This document shows positions 62,400 to 64,000 of a stretch of 64,000 bases of DNA, piece by piece (the first letter of the stretch is position 1; every line of letters begins with the position of its first letter). The notes under the pieces are model-generated. The model had not been told where the DNA came from, did no database searches, and saw nothing but the letters and a program-made list of their open reading frames with translations. The position numbers were made by a program, and so were the translations under genes. This DNA is from Nymphaea colorata. Taxonomy: Eukaryota. The stretch lies in the NCBI RefSeq assembly GCF_008831285.2, contig NC_045138.2:20212001-20276000 (forward strand). The letters run 5' to 3'.

Positions 62400-62747
62400 T
62401 GTACTAGACTCTTAGGTGACAGATTCTTCTAAATAAATGGTTGAGTGAAAATAAAGGAAAAAAAATAAGATAGGATGTCTTAGTTATCTAATATTCAAGG
62501 TGATTCTTTACAGGTTTAGAACCTGCCAATTTCTCTCTCTCTCTCTCTCTCTCTCTCAACCTGTGCTCTTCACGGGAGAAAACAAATCAATTTCCTCAAT
62601 TAAGATCTCTTGCTTTTTTTTTCATTTTTTGAAAATACAACTTTTTTTGCAAAAACTTTATGTTTACCATCCAATCTTTTTAAAATTGACAGCCTGTAGG
62701 ATTCTCATCTAATTTGACATACAAAGGTTTGAGAACTATGGGTCATC

Positions 62748-62750
<3 letters not shown>

Positions 62751-62836
<86 letters not shown>
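62751..62836. repeat. (AT)43 microsatellite
   Basis: Directly visible in the sequence. Confidence 0.95.
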
Positions 62837-62838
<2 letters not shown>

Positions 62839-63179
62839 AAGTAATATTTGATGACACTTTTGAAAAGACACTTGCATTTTGTGATAAAAAAATATTTGTT
62901 TATAAGCATTTAACTGCCCCTTTTACAGAACTCAACTCAAGCGGATGTCCTTAATAAAATATCTAATATAAAACATAGAAACGCGCAAGTTTAGTTTTTT
63001 AATAACGAGATTTGTCGCTATAGATGTTTTTCTAATAACCTTTCAAACATCAAATTTCCATCAGACATCCAATAATTTTGAAGCTACAAAATTTAATCTT
63101 GAATAAATAAAAGAAAAAGAAAAAGAAATTGTCCATCCAAACCAAGAGGCAAGAAATTGTGAGTTCTTTAATGGCCGTG

Positions 63180-64000
63180 AACTCCCATGTGGCAGACGTG
63201 GTCCCCAAGTATTAATGAAATTCGAAGGCCAACTTGAATAAGAAAACTCGTCTACGCAGAAGCTTCTCTTCTTCCTCTCTCACGTTGCTTGTGAAACTTG
63301 TACATGCACCACATCTCCAATCTTATTGGTAGATCTTTATTAGGTACCCACCCTTTGTTCATAATCTCATGAATAAGTCTCAATATTTTTCTGAATTTTT
63401 TTATACTGCTTATTGTTGAGGGCAAGGTTAAAATATCGTTCTCCGGTTCAGAAAAATACAGTTCGATCATGAGTTTGATGTTCATGAATAAAAGGCTAGA
63501 GACATATTTAAAAGAAAATTAAAGACTATGAAACCCATGACCGGAAAAAGCTAGGGACTCATGTGAAAGCCCTCTGACATCATTACCCTGATATTAAGAT
63601 ATCTCTCTTCACGCTGTTTCGATTGACTTGACTCAACCATCTCATTTATTATCGTTTCAGAGTTCAATCTACTGCAAGCCACAGCGTCGGCCCCTCCTTC
63701 CGATCCCTCGGAGTCAAGGGAAGCACCCTCTTCGCTTCTCTTTGCCCCCTTCTGTCATCAATGATAACAACCACAGGGACTCACTCCTTCACGACTCATT
63801 CAAGATCCCAAGTTCCTCCCTTGTTCGCTTCCTTTTCAAGAGTCCACTCTATATATACGGATACAGTATTGATATCAGTTTCATTGTCTCTCACTAAATT
63901 TGTCCTCAAATCCAAGTGGGGGAGATCAGGAGATCAGATTCCTGAATTGGGTTGTTCACTGATCAAGTAGACAGTCTTCTGTTGGTGATCAGCCGCAACC
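63180..64000 (+). promoter_or_regulatory. Probable promoter and 5' UTR of a gene starting just beyond the window
   Basis: ABRE-like GACGTGG (~63195), CT-rich tract at 63690-63840 and TATA-like CTATATATA at ~63848. The downstream leader has no ATG and ends ...CCGCAACC. Confidence 0.4.

Overview
Eukaryotic, flowering-plant nuclear DNA: GT-AG introns, AT-rich intergenic sequence, microsatellites, MITEs, SINEs and a LINE. The species cannot be determined from the sequence. The left 38.5 kb carries a gene block, all on the + strand: (1) the last four exons of a mitochondrial D-lactate dehydrogenase; (2) a tandem cluster of CXE15-like carboxylesterases (two intact ORFs, two pseudogenes, and one inverted, internally deleted fragment on the - strand); (3) two MyoB7-like GTD/DUF593 myosin-receptor paralogues, one full length and one C-terminally truncated; (4) an 8-exon eIF2-gamma gene; (5) a PLS-E-DYW PPR gene split by one missing G in a homopolymer. 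From memory, this order mirrors Arabidopsis At5g06580-06570-06560-06540. The right ~25 kb has no recognisable host gene. It is a nested array of diverged non-coding duplications containing hAT-type MITEs, tRNA-derived SINEs, a CACTA relic and a decayed ~5.8-kb L1-type LINE with a 16-bp target-site duplication (TSD), and it ends in a probable promoter/5' UTR. The best candidate for new biology is the CXE cluster. The ancestral-looking GC-rich copy is dead. The derived copies gained a C-terminal tail ending in a peroxisomal-type PTS1 (SRL/SLL), one of them has a remodelled oxyanion loop, and an inverted fragment could form a silencing hairpin. All calls are by eye, without database searches.
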